Source: Octopus sinensis
Taxonomy: Eukaryota
DNA: 64,000 bases
Direction: 5' to 3'
Assembly (NCBI RefSeq): GCF_006345805.1
Contig: NC_043003.1
Coordinates: 73,966,001 to 74,030,000, forward strand
Shown here: positions 1 to 14,175 of the stretch, in pieces
How the letters are laid out: every line of letters begins with the position of its first letter
How positions within the stretch are numbered: position 1 is the stretch's first letter
Translations under genes and position numbers: made by a program
Notes under the pieces: model-generated
Database searches by the model: none
The model's input: the letters and a program-made list of their open reading frames with translations, nothing else
What the model was told of the DNA's origin: nothing

Positions 1-1552
1 TTAATGTTGGATAGTTTTAAATGTAGTGGTAGTAGTTGTCATTGCGACGTTAAATCTGCTGCTGATACCGGAGATGGTAATGCAATGAACATTGGATGCC
101 AGATAATTCCTACTTAGACAGTTTAATTGTGTGAGATGTAAAGTAAGGAGATAACGAGGTGTAAAATTGGTGCAAGTTGAAGAGATTATAGCTATCACTG
201 TAACATAGACTGTATTGTACAAGTAGGGGGAAATACCGGCGATGTAGGAATGGGGCTGGTACTGGAGAAGAGTGTATAATAGTGTAGTGTGTTCGAGGTA
301 TAAGGTGGTGGTGCTCTTGATGCAGTGTCATTATTTTTGATACCTGTGATCCTAGTCCTCCTACAGTGGTGTTGATAGTAGATGTTGACGGTGTGAAAGT
401 CATTGTAGCAATGATCATGATGATAAATGTAGCGTTGGTGTTAAAGGGGAGAACTGATGATAGTGATGACAGTGGTGATGTTGTCAAAGTGGCCTAGCTG
501 TCCATGTTCACGTTCTGAAGAAGGAGTCAGACTAGTAGCAGCAAATGTACCTGAACTAGTAAGTAAAATAACACACACACACACGCATGCACATAGACAC
601 GCAGGCATTCAGTCAGACACCACACAAACACACACATACTCACACACACATACATTGAGAGATTGAGGAGTGAGAGAGATTGAAAGGAAATACTAAATTA
701 AGGAAAAGTGAGTTGCAAACTGGTTCTTTTTACAACATCTCTATTGCAATAGCCATAAAGTTTGTTCGTTCGCTTGCATTTTCCTGCAATTTAGTTATCA
801 AGTTAAAATTTTAGCTAGACGTTTTTGCTGAAATTTATTTATAGGTTGTGTTAGCTTACGAACCATATGCAGTTGAGATATTTTATGCAATTATGAATAA
901 TTTTTCCTCATTTATCTCAGTAATTTATTAGAAAAATGAGTTTAGAATTTTAAAAGTAGTATACGGTGACAATTCTAATCATTTTCCACCATCCGGTTAG
1001 TGCGGTTGGCTTGAAATTTTGCTGTAATTTAAAATATTGTCTTTAAATTTACCGTTTAATTTATAATACCATGCTTAAAATTTTCTTAAGGTATTTCCTT
1101 TTGGAGCATAATTTTGAAATTATTTGAAGAATGCTTCGTACTAATATAACTTATGTAGTTATGTAATATAACCAGCGTGTATATTAGATTTCTTCCGTTC
1201 GCTTATTATAAAAATATTGTTCCATTTTCAGGTGCTCTTTAATTTCCAGGAAACATATAATTCGGCTTTAACTTTTAAAGCTAACACTGGAAAGTATCAT
1301 AAAATATCTTAAAGTATTTAGAGTCTGATATTGAAAATTCGAATTAAGATAAAATCACCGTCTATCAAAAATTCAGTAAATGGAAGATAATTTCTCTTTC
1401 AAGATTCTAATATTATCCAACTAATCCTCTTATTTCCTGATACCTTTATACCCATCGTCAAGACGTTCGATGTTTATTTTTTCTTCTCTATCTGTCTGTC
1501 TGTTTCACTGCCGGTCTGTCTGTTTCTCTCTGTATATACATACATACATACA

Positions 1553-1614
<62 letters not shown>

Positions 1615-1627
1615 ATATGCATGTATG

Positions 1628-1663
<36 letters not shown>

Positions 1664-1885
1664 TGTATGCATGTATATATTTATATATATATATATATAT
1701 ACAAGCGCACACACATATATAGAAACAATCTCTTGCCCACAGAAGATTTGGGTTCGAATCGTCAGTGTCGCGTTCGAAGTTTTACATCTAAAATTTTATT
1801 TATAGCTTTAGATACTTTGACACTTACCATTACAAATGTTTAATATATACATATACGTATATGTAATTGCGTATACAAGCATATG

Positions 1886-2112
1886 TGGAGGCGCGTGGCT
1901 TAGTGGTTAGGGTGTCAGTATGATGATCGTAAGATTGTGGTTTCGATTCCTGGACCGGGCGACGCGTTGTGTTCTTGAGCAAAACTCTACATTTCACGTT
2001 GCTCCAGCCCACTCAGCTGGCAAAAAGGAATAACGCAGCAATGGACTTGTGTCCTGTCCAGCTGGGGAACACATACGCCACAGAAACCCGAAAACCGAAA
2101 ACCGAAAACCGC
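1886..2112 (+). mobile_element. tRNA-derived SINE (family S2) with Pol III A/B boxes and a (GAAAACC)n tail
   Basis: Seen: A box TGGCTTAGTGG (1896-1906), B box GTTTCGATTCC (1940-1950), body GTTGTGTTCTTGAGCAAAA..TTCACGTTGCTCCAG, repeated 3' tail. Knowledge: typical tRNA-head SINE layout. Confidence 0.8.
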
Positions 2113-2159
2113 ATTTGTTATTTTATAGAAGCATACTTATCATTTACATACAAAAGGGT

Positions 2160-2427
2160 GGAGGCCCCTTTCTGTTATGAATGACCATGGGAGTGCACCT
2201 AGAATGTTCCCCTCCATGGCACAATTCAGAACAAGGTTGTTTTATGGAAGACCAGCAGTCACCCATACATACCAGCTTCCCCTTTACTTGCCACAGATAT
2301 TAGAGAAGAGAAAGACAAAGGTGGATAGAGCTTGGCAGTAACGACGTTGCAACTCATTTCTACTGCTGGATTCCAACTCAATACCTCATGATAGTGAGAC
2401 CGATACTCTAACCAGTGAGTCCTGCGA
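2160..2427 (-). mobile_element. Decayed tRNA-derived SINE, internally deleted, opposite orientation to the neighbouring SINE
   Basis: Seen: minus strand starts with a tRNA-like head (CGCAGGACTCACTGGTTAGAGTATCGG...GAGTTGGAATCC) followed by a non-tRNA body. Family assignment is inference. Confidence 0.6.
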
Positions 2428-5400
2428 TGTATATGTATGCGTGTAAGTGTGTATGTGTGTATCTATGTATAATCCAAACAATAAGACGTACATATGTAAT
2501 TCTATATATATACTTATGTAAAATGCCTATAGAGACATAAACAGACGTACACACGCATACACACAAATACACTCATTAACACTCATTCTCACAGTCTGTA
2601 TAAATGTTAATGTTCTATCGCTAATAGCATCATTAGAACAAGCACTCAGTTTCGTTGGAGATAAATACCATTTAATGAATAGAGGAGTTATACGTGACCT
2701 AATTCTCGCTTCATTCTAAGATAGCGCTGTAATGGAATGAGTTTGCCTTACATTACCCGGCGGACATTCAGAAACATTTAACCTGTATATATCGCATGGG
2801 TGTACGAGATAAAACGAAAACAATGTAAAAAGCAAAATGAATGTGAAAAAACGCACCTTTTTTAAAAGGTCGGAGGAATATTTTCAAGGGATCTTGTTTA
2901 CATACCTTTAATCAATTCAGAGAAGAATAACAATGTAGAATGTTTAATTAAGTATTGTCGTCTAAAATGTATGATTAATAGGAATAGCAGAATGATAGGC
3001 TAATGTTTGTTAAGCTGCTTCTCTAATCCGTTGTGAGTGACGCCTTCCAGCTTGATAACAGAAATTTTACGAAATGCATACATTTTTTAAATAGCTCTCA
3101 CCTATAAATTATAAGGTTGATACAATTTTATAGATTAAGCATGTGCTTTCTTTCTGCAATCACAAGCTCTGTTTTTATCTGTTGATATATGTGATATATG
3201 TGAACCTTACAGCGTGGACGACTATGCTAACCGTGCATATAGGTTTTAAGAGGTTTCTGGATCCTACTGAGATTCCTGTAATTTCAGTGTGGCCGATCAT
3301 CTCTGTCGTGTTACGTGAAGTGATGCTTTTGAAGTTAGGGTTACACGAGCAGAAATTATTCAGGGAACATGATTTGAATATTTTCTGAATCACTGGATTC
3401 CCCCCATTCTATTCGTAACATTCAAAGAGAAAGTTGAATATCATTTACATTTTTACTTTCTATTTTATGCTTGGCTGTTCTTCAGGTCCATGTGTATGAT
3501 GCTATAAATTTACAGCCAATATCTTCCAGACTATTATTGCAGAAGTGGAAGATCATTTCAGAGCTATAGAATGAGAGATTTTATATTTCTTATTAATAAT
3601 GTTTGCTATAACGTTTCTCACTACGGCAAGACATTTTATGCATATACTTTTCCCTTCGGTTTGCGATATGGATTGTAGTTTTACTATACTGGTGTAGCAA
3701 AGCAGCTAGAAAAACCCACGCAAGACTGCAACTTCAGGAACTCAGATACATGTCTATTCTACGATAGCGAAATCAGTCATGTTCCGCGTAATAAAGGCGC
3801 CAAAATAAGCATGAACTGCACTGGAAAATGGTTTACGCCAATTCGTAAACAAAAGGAAAGCTAGAGAGCTGGTTCTCACACACCACTGAGAAATACGCCA
3901 TACAGCAAGGGGTCAAAGAGTGCAAGGTCTCTTTTCCTACTTAAAGAACATATATCATTAGATAGAAGAACTACAGGGATCTCTTAAACTTGACGTCAGA
4001 TACCTTTATAAGTTGTATGTACCTCGAAAATATTTTGATATCGTATCTCGAAAACGCCCATCTCAGCCTATTAGATGTACAGTTTAACTCACTAGGTTTT
4101 TCCTTCATTCGATTATCCCCATTGTTAATATTTTTGGTAACTAGCCCCATTAAAATACATTAAACACTCAACATTACCAATATATTTCAGCTAACAATTG
4201 AAGAGGACATAGAACTGTTCTTAGTGTTTTAGTTATATTTCCATGTACTATAATCGCCACATTTCTGGTATCCCCACATGGAATAAGTATCTTATGAATC
4301 TGAAAGACTGTTTCATAGGACACGGTACGTTATACATATTCCCCATCTGAATATGAAATATGGAGTAGCTCACATATACATCAAGTATTTATTAAGGGAT
4401 ATAGATACACATACACAAACACATACACACAAATGTGTTGTATATACATACATACGTGTATTTATATATTTGCTTGTCTATAGATGCCACTGTCGCATTT
4501 CTCTCCTACAATCATCAGTTTCGATACTTTGGGATGTTAAATGATTTACATTTATTTCACCGTTCTTTTTGTTACCACGTTATATTATTTAATTTGCGTT
4601 AATATATTACCGTCACTCATATCGTAATTTTGTTTTTCAGGCTTTGCTATATTTTCTGGTGGATATCTATACGTAATATGAGTTCACAGAGATTAATATA
4701 CGAACGAATTTATAGATACGTGCAGTACAGAAAGTAGGATAAGACATATAAATCACTGTTTTTTAAGGATCACGGAAAAGGTTTGGTGCTTAATTCAATA
4801 ATAGCGTTTTATATATTATGGGAATAACGCGCTTAATTAAACGTTAGAGACACTACACTATAGTATTTAGTTAATTTTATTTGAATACGGAGCATATTCT
4901 ATTACCAGCGCCTACAGAATCAACATACCACAGCAATTTCAAAATACTCACGTACATAAGAAGGACACTACTAGTATGGGATACAATATGGCTAATGATA
5001 AATAAATAAATTGAAATACTCTGATGTGTGACTTACAGACAAATTTCAAGTTGTTCATCACACTAATTCAATTCGAAAAGTGGTAAACATTTTGAGAGGA
5101 AGGAACACATATAAAATGCTCGTCTTAAAAGAAATTCCTCACAATTTATGATCTATCTGATCTACGGTTAATATTAGTGGCTACTTGAAAATGCACTACT
5201 TGCAGTTTAAATAAATGTAAATCCGCATTCGTACGCACAAACATAGAAACACACATGCATGATTTAATGTTTGCAAATACACACAGGCATGCGTGTACAT
5301 ACACATACACACACATCTACAACTCACGTACAGTGCTTTCAAGCTTATATAAATTGAAGAAAACAGTCACACCAACATCACCAATTGAAAGATATTGGCA

Positions 5401-7684
5401 GCAGCCAATAAATTTAGTGCAAAGCAAAGTGAACACTCCCATCATAAATCTATTCACAGAGTAATATCAGAACAGAACATGTACGAAGAATGACGAATGC
5501 GTCGTACACAGGAAGATAGAAAATGAAAGGAACGCATTTACCAATCCTTAATGAAATCAGCAAAATAAAAAAAATAAAAAAAGAAATTAAATATTCACTA
5601 AGGAGAAGTACTTCAAAAGTACAACACACAAAAGAAAAGGAACCCGAAATTAAAACACATTTCTGAAGAGATATCTGCTAAGAAACAAATATATCATGAG
5701 GAAATACACTTCTTTCAAATATATCAGCGAGCTGATTTCAAGCCAAAATGATTCGGTCTAGAAGGATATAAAATTGTTGAAATGTTTAAGGCGGTATGAT
5801 AGAAAAACATGAAGAATAATTTTGTGAATGAGTATAGACGATGAATGGAACGCAATGTCATAACCTAATCTGCCACAAACAGTGAAAAGCACTGGGAAGG
5901 TAAAGCTTTAAAAACATGTGTGGAATGTTCGCCGAGCCGGGAACAATATGTAATCATTTAATGAAATCGAAAGATACAACTGAAGAGGGATGTGCAAGGG
6001 TAAAAATTACATTGATATCGATTTGTAAAATAACAACTTTACAGCATGTCTTAATTACAATTATATAACATGGTCGTATGCTCTTCCGGAAAAATATATT
6101 CCCAGTGATAAGAATAAACGCCAGAAAAATTCTAGCAAATAAATTCTAGCGAAATAAAGCAGAAAAACATTTTGCTTTGAGTGATGCATGAATTGTGTTT
6201 GGCGATGCTCCTTATATCTGGATATATTAAACATGTAAAGAAAACCTCGGTTATTAGCTGCAATGTTAAATAGTTCTTGAATAAATTACAGAAAATTATG
6301 CACATAGAATTATAACATTAGAACCATTCAAATTTATAGAAGCAGTATTCCAACCTGTGTCTTCTTCGTCTCTGTGATGTGTTATCTAATACGCATAAAA
6401 TCTTGAGTGTTTTTCAAATATTATGCAAGAATAATAAAACGTATTTTTTTATGATTGACGTCATCCTGTAAATTGCTAGAGTCTCATATGTAGAGATATT
6501 TCTTTGGGGGAATCGAAAGGAAATTTGGTCGAGAAAAATGCGCCAAATCACGTTTGGTGAATGTGAAAATATATTGTAAACATAAATACACTCTACTTCA
6601 ATCTCTCTGAGGCTCACACGTAATAACTGACGTTAACACAATAACACATACGCGCATATCATTTCGCTTATAAGGTTTTTTGCTTAATTGGTTTTCCATA
6701 CTTTACATTTGTGAAATATACTTTAATTAGAATAGAAGGTCTGTTTACATCTTCATGTCAATTTGTTATAATTAATTTGCTTGTGGTAGCGAACTTGAAT
6801 TGAAAGCCGAATCGGATAGGTAGGTTATAACTATTTGAGACTTTATATAAGAATATATTGCAAATCCTTATTTGTATGGGCATTTGTAATTTGTCTCACT
6901 AGGCTAATGCTGTGTGCGTGGTACATGTAAATGATGCCTGGGTTCAGAATATTAGGAAGGAAAGAGGTTCCTATCCTATGTGTAGATTGAGTATTTTGGT
7001 AGGTGCATATACGTTGTGGATGTAAAAGAATAAAAATATTGGAGGTCTGGAAACATACCGATGGGGGCACATAAGTGATGATAGATCTTAGGAAAAATCT
7101 ACTCAATTCGACTTTCGTGATGTTGAAATCAGACAGTAAGCTATGTCCGATGATCAGTTGAATTCAGGAAGCAGGAAGATTTACCAAAAATATTGACAGA
7201 CACGAACTAATGTTTTGCTGATGATATCAAAAGTAAAACAAAACTGTTTTCACTAAATGACTAGAGGCTGGGAGGACATTGGCTACCAAAAATTCAGAAT
7301 AGATCTCCAGTAGAGCTGACTTTGCGACCGTTAAGAAACGGATGACTTAGGGTGTTTCTCTCTATTACTTTTAATGTCTACCACATTAGAGATTTTGTTC
7401 CACTTAGGACTGAGATGCCATAGATATATATCACTATTTAAAGAGAGAACGAGAGAGAGAGAGTGAAAGAGAGACAGAGAGAGAAAGGGTGAGAATGAGA
7501 CAGAAAGAGAGAGAACAGCCGAGAGGAAGTGACAGAGTGTAGTTTAAGAGTAATATTCAAAGACTATATCTGGAGCACATTGATTCTAATAGAAGAAATA
7601 TTATCAAACTACACAAGCATTACCTTTTTAAGACAGGAGATGCGTTATTTAGTATTTCATGTATGCAAGGTGTTGAGCAGACAG

Positions 7685-7910
7685 AATCGTTAGCACACCG
7701 GTCAAAATGCTTAGCGGCATGTCTTCAGGCTTTTATTCAAGAATTATTTTGTCTGCCACTACTTTCTGAGTTCAAATTCCGCCGAGGTCGACTTTGCCTT
7801 TCATCTTTTCGCGTCCGATAAAATATATGCCAATTAAGAACTGGGGGTCGATCTAATTGACTTGCCCTTCCTCCGAATTAACTGCCCTTGTGCCAAAGTT
7901 TGAAACTAAT
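7685..7910 (+). mobile_element. tRNA-derived SINE (family S3) with a GAGGTCGACTTTGCCTTTCATC central domain
   Basis: Seen: degenerate head GCAGACAGAATCGTTAGCACACCGG, B-box-like GAGTTCAAATTCC, then GAGGTCGACTTTGCCTTTCATC. The resemblance to Meta/Sauria-type SINE central domains is from memory and unverified. Confidence 0.65.
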
Positions 7911-8519
7911 AGTTCTTGTATGCAAACATAATAGAAAAGCTTCTAAGCCACCTCAATATATGAAATATTTATGCGAGAGTGTATTCTTATAGCTCAACTT
8001 TCCCTCCTTCTCGGTTGGGATGGCTGCCTTGCTAGGGTTACAGAGCTTGGTTAAAGTCTTCCGGTATAGACGTTGTCAATAACATGCACGGCTTGCACTT
8101 GAGAATCTTCAGTGTAAAGTGGGGAGAAAATGTTCAGTTTATGGAATATAATCTTACGAGGGTGGGAGATGGAAAGTTTCTGGCTTAGGGTAAAAGAAAA
8201 TACAGGAGAATCAAGTAATTATGATTTATTTGACATGTTCACTTCTCAGATACATACCTTTATTCAGATTTACTAAACCATATAAAAGAACTGTCACTTT
8301 GAGCCTCCAAGCAGATATTTCAAGATACCCTTCAAGCTAGGAACATTTCAGCACCCCGTGGTAGTAGGATTGTTTCGACCTCTGGGCAATATACTTCTGA
8401 TAATGCATTAAGGATGTTCATCTAAGTATCTTTACCTCGTCCTCGTACCCCTAGTGGTTTCCATCTTTTCTCAAATTCATGTAACCAGCATGGTCAACGA
8501 CTCTCCAATTCTTTCTCCT

Positions 8520-9730
8520 TTTCCCCCAAACTTTCGGACATCAAACTTACCTTTGACATAAAGTCCTTATACACTTTTATTCCTTCATTAAAATACGACC
8601 TTGATCTTCGACATAATCCTCAACCTGACGCCTCTACATTTCTCGGTTGTTTGGTTGAGCTTGTCCTCTTTCTCGATTGCTTCGTGTTTGCCTTAGAATT
8701 TTCCATTTGATCTCGAGATTGGTCATAGGAACGAGAATGGGCCCCAACAATACAAACCTGTTTGCCGGCTATGTCGAGGCCAAAATATTCTCTGCGTACA
8801 GTGATTATACACCTGAGCTATAGTTATCATACTGACGACTGTATCGTCGTGATCTCACTCTCATGCAAACATCTCAACTCCTACCTCTCTTTCATTCACT
8901 TTTTTCATGCCGCCCTCGAATTCTGCTGTTCTGTTTCCAACACTTCTATGAAGTTTCTCGGCATTTCGGTTATATTCCATCAGTTCCGGCTACCACTTCA
9001 GATCACTATTAACCGACAGATTCACACTCTTACCCCAGCTTATTTCACTCCCACCTTACTCACTACAGATTGTCCACCGTTTACTAGTACTTCTTCTGTC
9101 TCGGCAGGGTATGTAGTGACATTAATGACTTCGAGAAATATTCCCAAATAATCGCTTGTCACTACACCCAACGAGGATACCCTGCGTTATCTAAATCACT
9201 CTCACCTATGCCCGATTTGTTGAACCACTCCTTCAAACGCGCCCATAAATTAAGTGACCATTTGTTCCGTAGCATCTTTTACACTCCTGACACCAAACTT
9301 GAAACCTTCATTTGCACTTGCCCATGCTGCTACATTCCCCCGTTCTCTCCAACACCTCTATACTTACCAGCAACCAGCATCCACCTACCACACTACCAAT
9401 TCATTCACTTGCACCTAAAGCGATATAATTTCTGCATTTTCTGTTCTCTCTGTCACTCCCTGCATATTCAATAAACTGACAGATTGACAAGTTTGCTGAC
9501 AGGCTGACAAGTTTGCCGAACATCTCCCGAGAAATCAGATTTTGCAATGATGCAACGATCTCGCCCTACTTCCACTCGGCTGGTCATTGCCAGAACATGT
9601 TTGTGTTCGCATCAGTCTCGTACACAAACCAATCGGACTCCTTAATCTATCGAGAGCAGCAATTTATTTTCTCTCCATTCCTCAGCCCCTCATGGTCTCA
9701 ATTCGTCACATCTCTTAATCTACAGTTACC
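8520..9730 (+). mobile_element. Decayed Penelope-like retroelement: RT plus GIY-YIG endonuclease remnants with frameshifts and stops
   Basis: Hand translation across frameshifts: FDIKSLYT (~8551), IGTRMGPNNTNLFAGYVEAKIF (8722), TDDCIV..FHAALEF, PTDSHSY, Cys-rich CIFCSLC and REQQFIF..PHGLN. Knowledge: these match the PLE RT/thumb and GIY-YIG motifs (DVxSLYT, MGTRMGPxYANLF, YIDD, KPTDSHSYL, EQxLIF..PxGLN). Confidence 0.85.
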
Positions 9731-11153
9731 TCCACACACATTTACACGAGTTATTACTCTTCCTACCTTCCACTGTCACTCCTCCTCTAACTGCACACAC
9801 ACATTTTCTACACTCGTATACACAATGCACTTACCAGACGCACCATATAGATGCACAACATATACATACACCCAGGGACATGAACAGAGATGCATACACA
9901 CACACACATTCCTTCTTTACCAACGCCACCACCAACACTCACCTTTCCTCCCATCCACTTATATACATGGACAAGCACCCACATCTCTCAACCCCTAACT
10001 TCTTTGATCTCTTTTGCACTTTGCGCCTCCATCTAGCTCCACCAATATATATCTCCCCACAACTTACACCAAGAGATAACAGGAACGCGTACACATGCTC
10101 ACTTTCGTACATATGCATAAATAGACACACGCAAAAAAAACGCACACTCTCATATATAAACATGCACATTCTCACATAATCTTCATACCTACAAACCTAC
10201 TCTCCCCTATTCACATAAACGCGATCTTGCACACACACACATGTACGCGTACGCACACATCTTCACATACATGCTTGTGCGCACGCACTTTAGGCAGGTC
10301 ACTGTTGTGTGCCTTGACACATTTGTCCCCAACTATTTTCTTCTTCCCCGTCAATTCGAACCTTTAAACCAAACTGGTTAATTCTTTCTTTCTTTCAATT
10401 TTTTTTCTTCTCCCCATCTGATTCCTATCCTCGTTTCTTTCTACAGAAGTGCTCACAGCTCGAAATGTCGAAGACATTTAAATTTTCGCTGACTGTGAAC
10501 CAAATATATCTTGTTTGTTGCTCCCTAACCTGTTTCTGTCTTTTGCTCTTATTTTATGTACATTTTTGAGACACACACACACACACACGCACACACACAC
10601 GCACACACACACACACGCACACAAAAGCACACACACACACATACATATATTATTGTAAGAAGATCATGAATATATCTTCTTAAAACCTAGAAGTATATAT
10701 TATAATATTTTGATACATTAACCCGATGTAACCCGTCTGTTGTATTATTGATATTAAGAGTAATGCTTTATGATTCTGCGTTAATTATTCATTCGCATTG
10801 CTTTGTCCTCATACGTGTGCTGATATTTAATCTCTACTGTTTTACATACTTTACAATGGAGTGATTTTCCAGAATTTATCCCCAGAGCATACGTATTTTA
10901 ACGTCTTATTTCGTTATGCCCTCTCTCCTTACCGATTCATTTCTATATGATTTTATTTTCTTTCTCACATCCTCGATTATTTTGCATCTTCGTTCGATGT
11001 AAAAGGAGATCTGTATTTTGCAACTGATATAATATTATATTCTTCTGAAAACGATACTTAAGACATACGTAATAATTACATACGGGTTATTAAATCAGCA
11101 GTACGAAATAATATATTGAAGTAAGAGTAATATAATTTTTTGTTCTCTTTCAG

Positions 11154-11211
<58 letters not shown>

Positions 11212-11250
11212 AAGTGTTTCTATCTATCAGTGTGTCTATCTATCAGTGTG

Positions 11251-11349
<99 letters not shown>

Positions 11350-11369
11350 ATCTATCTATCTATCTATCT
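11154..11369. repeat. (ATCT)n microsatellite
   Basis: Seen directly. Confidence 0.98.
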
Positions 11370-11825
11370 GCAGTCTGCTTGTGTATCTCGTATATATTAC
11401 AATACAGCCCTAGGACATATTTGAGGTAAAGATTATGAAGTCTCACTATATTCCCGATGCAGAAGGACAAATAATTTCACCAGCATTAAAGTTCTCTCTC
11501 TCTCTCTCTCACTCACTCACTCACTCACTCACCCACTCATCCAGGCAAACACGCACGGTCATGTACATATATTCCGCAAAACCAGATAAAATTATCGTGA
11601 AAAAGTATAACCATTTTAACGTTTAATGGCTTTATAGAAATTAATGTGCATTTAGATTTTCTCGACAAACGTGGTTTAAAAATACGGAATCGAAAGAACT
11701 CTATCTGAATTTATGCATAAGACACATATGCAACACACAAACACACACACACATACACACACACACATGTATATACACACACTCACACACACACATACAC
11801 ACACACATATATATTAAATATATGT

Positions 11826-12375
11826 ACTAGCAGAGATACCTGTCATTGATTGGATTCAGAAAGAGTCTTAAAAAATTACACCCTGATTTATGAAATTCTG
11901 CTCAAAGAATTATCGTATATTGTACTGAGCTACTGCAAAATAATAATTTATTCCCATTCATGTGAAACCACTTATTCAAGTTCAAGTCATTGATGCAATT
12001 TTATACCAATAGCTATTTTTACTTTTGTTATGTTACGATTATATTATACTTTAGTTTGATTTTAATTATTACTTACTACATATAATTTTTATTATTATCT
12101 CTAATTTTTATTGTTAAAGTGAAAGTCTCTGACATAAAATAGAGAAATGTTTTTGTTACACTTTTAACACGTAACACTGAAATAGTAGAGAAGATATGAT
12201 ATTGCTATGGGCTCGCCCTAGGCAAGAAGTTGAACATTCTTTTGCCCATGAAACTACGTGGACTCTAAGTAAGGCATGTGTAAAATTTGAATGAAATTGG
12301 TTGTGTAGTTCTCAAGTTTTAGGGAAACACACAGACCGACACACATTCTCAGTTTTAGGTATATATTTCTATATA
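11826..12375 (+). mobile_element. Non-autonomous Helitron-like element
   Basis: Seen: 5' ACTAGCAG start; 3' block TAAGTAAGGCATGTGTAAAATTTGAATGAAATTGG..GTTCTCAAGTTTTAG..CACACAGAC..ATATAT, also present at 53470-53570. The Helitron class is inferred from similarity to Lep1-type ends. Confidence 0.5.
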
Positions 12376-12439
12376 GTTGAATTAGGTACTTAAGTTGATG
12401 CACCACGCCTGTCTGGTATTATCTGCATACCTCGAAATA

Positions 12440-12670
12440 AGGTTTTCCATAGCACGTCTATGATTTCAGTCCTAGTGCGTGGCACCTGGAGCTGATGTGT
12501 TCTACTATAGTTTAGGATCGATCAAATGCCTTGTAATTTGTATTGACGGAAACTGAAAGAAGCCCGTCGTATATACGTATATGCGTGTGTGTGTATGTCT
12601 GTGTGTGTTTTTAGTGTCTGTGTGAGTGAGTGTGCCCCAGTATGGCTATAGCCTAAAGATTGAATCAATT
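12440..12670 (+). mobile_element. Partial, decayed copy of SINE family S1
   Basis: Seen: GACGGAAACTGAAAGAAGCCCGTCGTATATA and a decayed tail GTGCCCCAGTATGGC, shared with the full copies at 33.1, 40.4, 43.7 and 45.6 kb. Confidence 0.7.
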
Positions 12671-13535
12671 TCAAATATGACAAGTATATATTTGTATGCC
12701 GTAATTTAAAAAAAAATAATTTTACGAAATTAAAAGCTATCGGTGTGCTAATTGATACTTTTATACATATTTAGGCTGCTCCTTTTACTTCTCCTTTAGC
12801 AAAAACTTTTTACCGTTGATAGAATTTGTCTGTCAATCAATTCACATGCTTTGTAATACTAATTCTTTTTTTTACTCCAACTCCGACACCAAACATAAAC
12901 TCTATACATGGTTGTCACATAAAAATGAATGGTCGTTTAAAAAGCGGAAATAGCTGTTCGTCGTTCAGATTGGGATATGTATTTTTGTAAGAATATGTAT
13001 TTTAGGCTATAGCCTAAAGATTGAATCAATTTCAGATATGGCAAGTATATATTTGTTTGCCGTAATTTTAAGAAAAATAATTTTACGAAATTAAAAGCTA
13101 TCGGTGTGCTAATTGATACTTTTGTACATATTTAGGCTGCTCCTTTTAATTCTCCTTTAGCAAAAACTTTTTACTGTTGATAGAATGTGTCTGTCAATCA
13201 ATTCATATGCTTTGTAATATTAATTCTTTTTTATTACTTTCTCATTGTTTTACTGAATCAATATCTAATTCAATTTTAGAATCAAATCCCTATACGCTGA
13301 TGTGCTTTGATCTATCTCAATCATTCCATTAGTATTTCTAGTCAAATCAATTAAATATTTCACCGTTTTTGCACACATACAAATATCAAATAGTTTTCTC
13401 AAATTCATTCCCATAGATTACAAAAATACATATCCCAATCTGAACGACGCACAGCTATTTCCGCTTCTTAAACGACCATTCATTTTTATGTGACAACCAT
13501 GTATAGAGTTTATGTTTGGTGTCGGAGTTGCAGTA
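12644..13535. repeat. Local duplication-inversion: a (12644-12875), inverted b (12876-12990), a' (13005-13232), c, b (13420-13535)
   Basis: Seen: ~230-bp direct repeat with scattered substitutions, and a ~115-bp inverted repeat (CTCCGACACCAAACATAAACTCTATACATGG... / ...CCATGTATAGAGTTTATGTTTGGTGTCGGAG). Confidence 0.9.
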
Positions 13536-13967
13536 ATGAAATACGTGAATTAAGAATGACGTCGGAAATTGAATCAAAGAAATGAATCACCGAAATGTTA
13601 TCGAATCAAAGCGAAGTAACTCCGAAGATTAGTCAGGTACTTTTGCATCCTTATTCAAATCAATTTACTTCACATTCTCTACTAAGATTCTTCAGAAATT
13701 TATATTACTGATTAATACCCTTAGGGCAGCTATAAAAATCTCCATCACTCGTTTTCATTGTACATCTGCCAAAAGAAATTAGATCCATAGTTCCTCAGTT
13801 TAATAAGTTTCAGAAAGTGATTATCTGGAACAATTGAGCCTGTTGATGAGCGGGGTTTATCAGTTGCATTCAATTTCTATACAACACCAATAGATTTCAA
13901 TATCCATATTCTTCGCAATATCACGTTGACACATTCTTTCCCAGCAAATAGTAACGTACTAATTATA

Positions 13968-13996
13968 TACTACTATTACTACTACTACTACTACTC

Positions 13997-14051
<55 letters not shown>

Positions 14052-14110
14052 CACTACTACTACTACTACTACCACCACCACCGCCACTACTACTACTACC
14101 AATACTACCG

Positions 14111-14162
<52 letters not shown>

Positions 14163-14175
14163 TTCTACTACTACT
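13968..14175. repeat. (TAC)n/(CAC)n microsatellite
   Basis: Seen directly; it explains the poly-Tyr/Val/Ser ORFs. Confidence 0.98.

Noticed and set aside
505-560. CTGAAGA followed by a small GAGTC/GACT hairpin
   Set aside because: No GAAA box, stem III or stem I downstream; not supportable as an HHR.
3690-3880. Peptide ..GAKISMNCTGKWFTP / QFVNK.. faintly resembling a SAND domain
   Set aside because: Needs a frameshift, lacks the KDWK motif and has no splice signals; could be chance.
6840-7160. HNVYAPT motif suggesting a LINE AP-endonuclease fragment
   Set aside because: A single short motif; the surrounding frames are too decayed to support a call.
13240-13950. AT-rich stretch with protein-like peptide fragments on the minus strand
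   Set aside because: All frames are interrupted and no family is recognisable.
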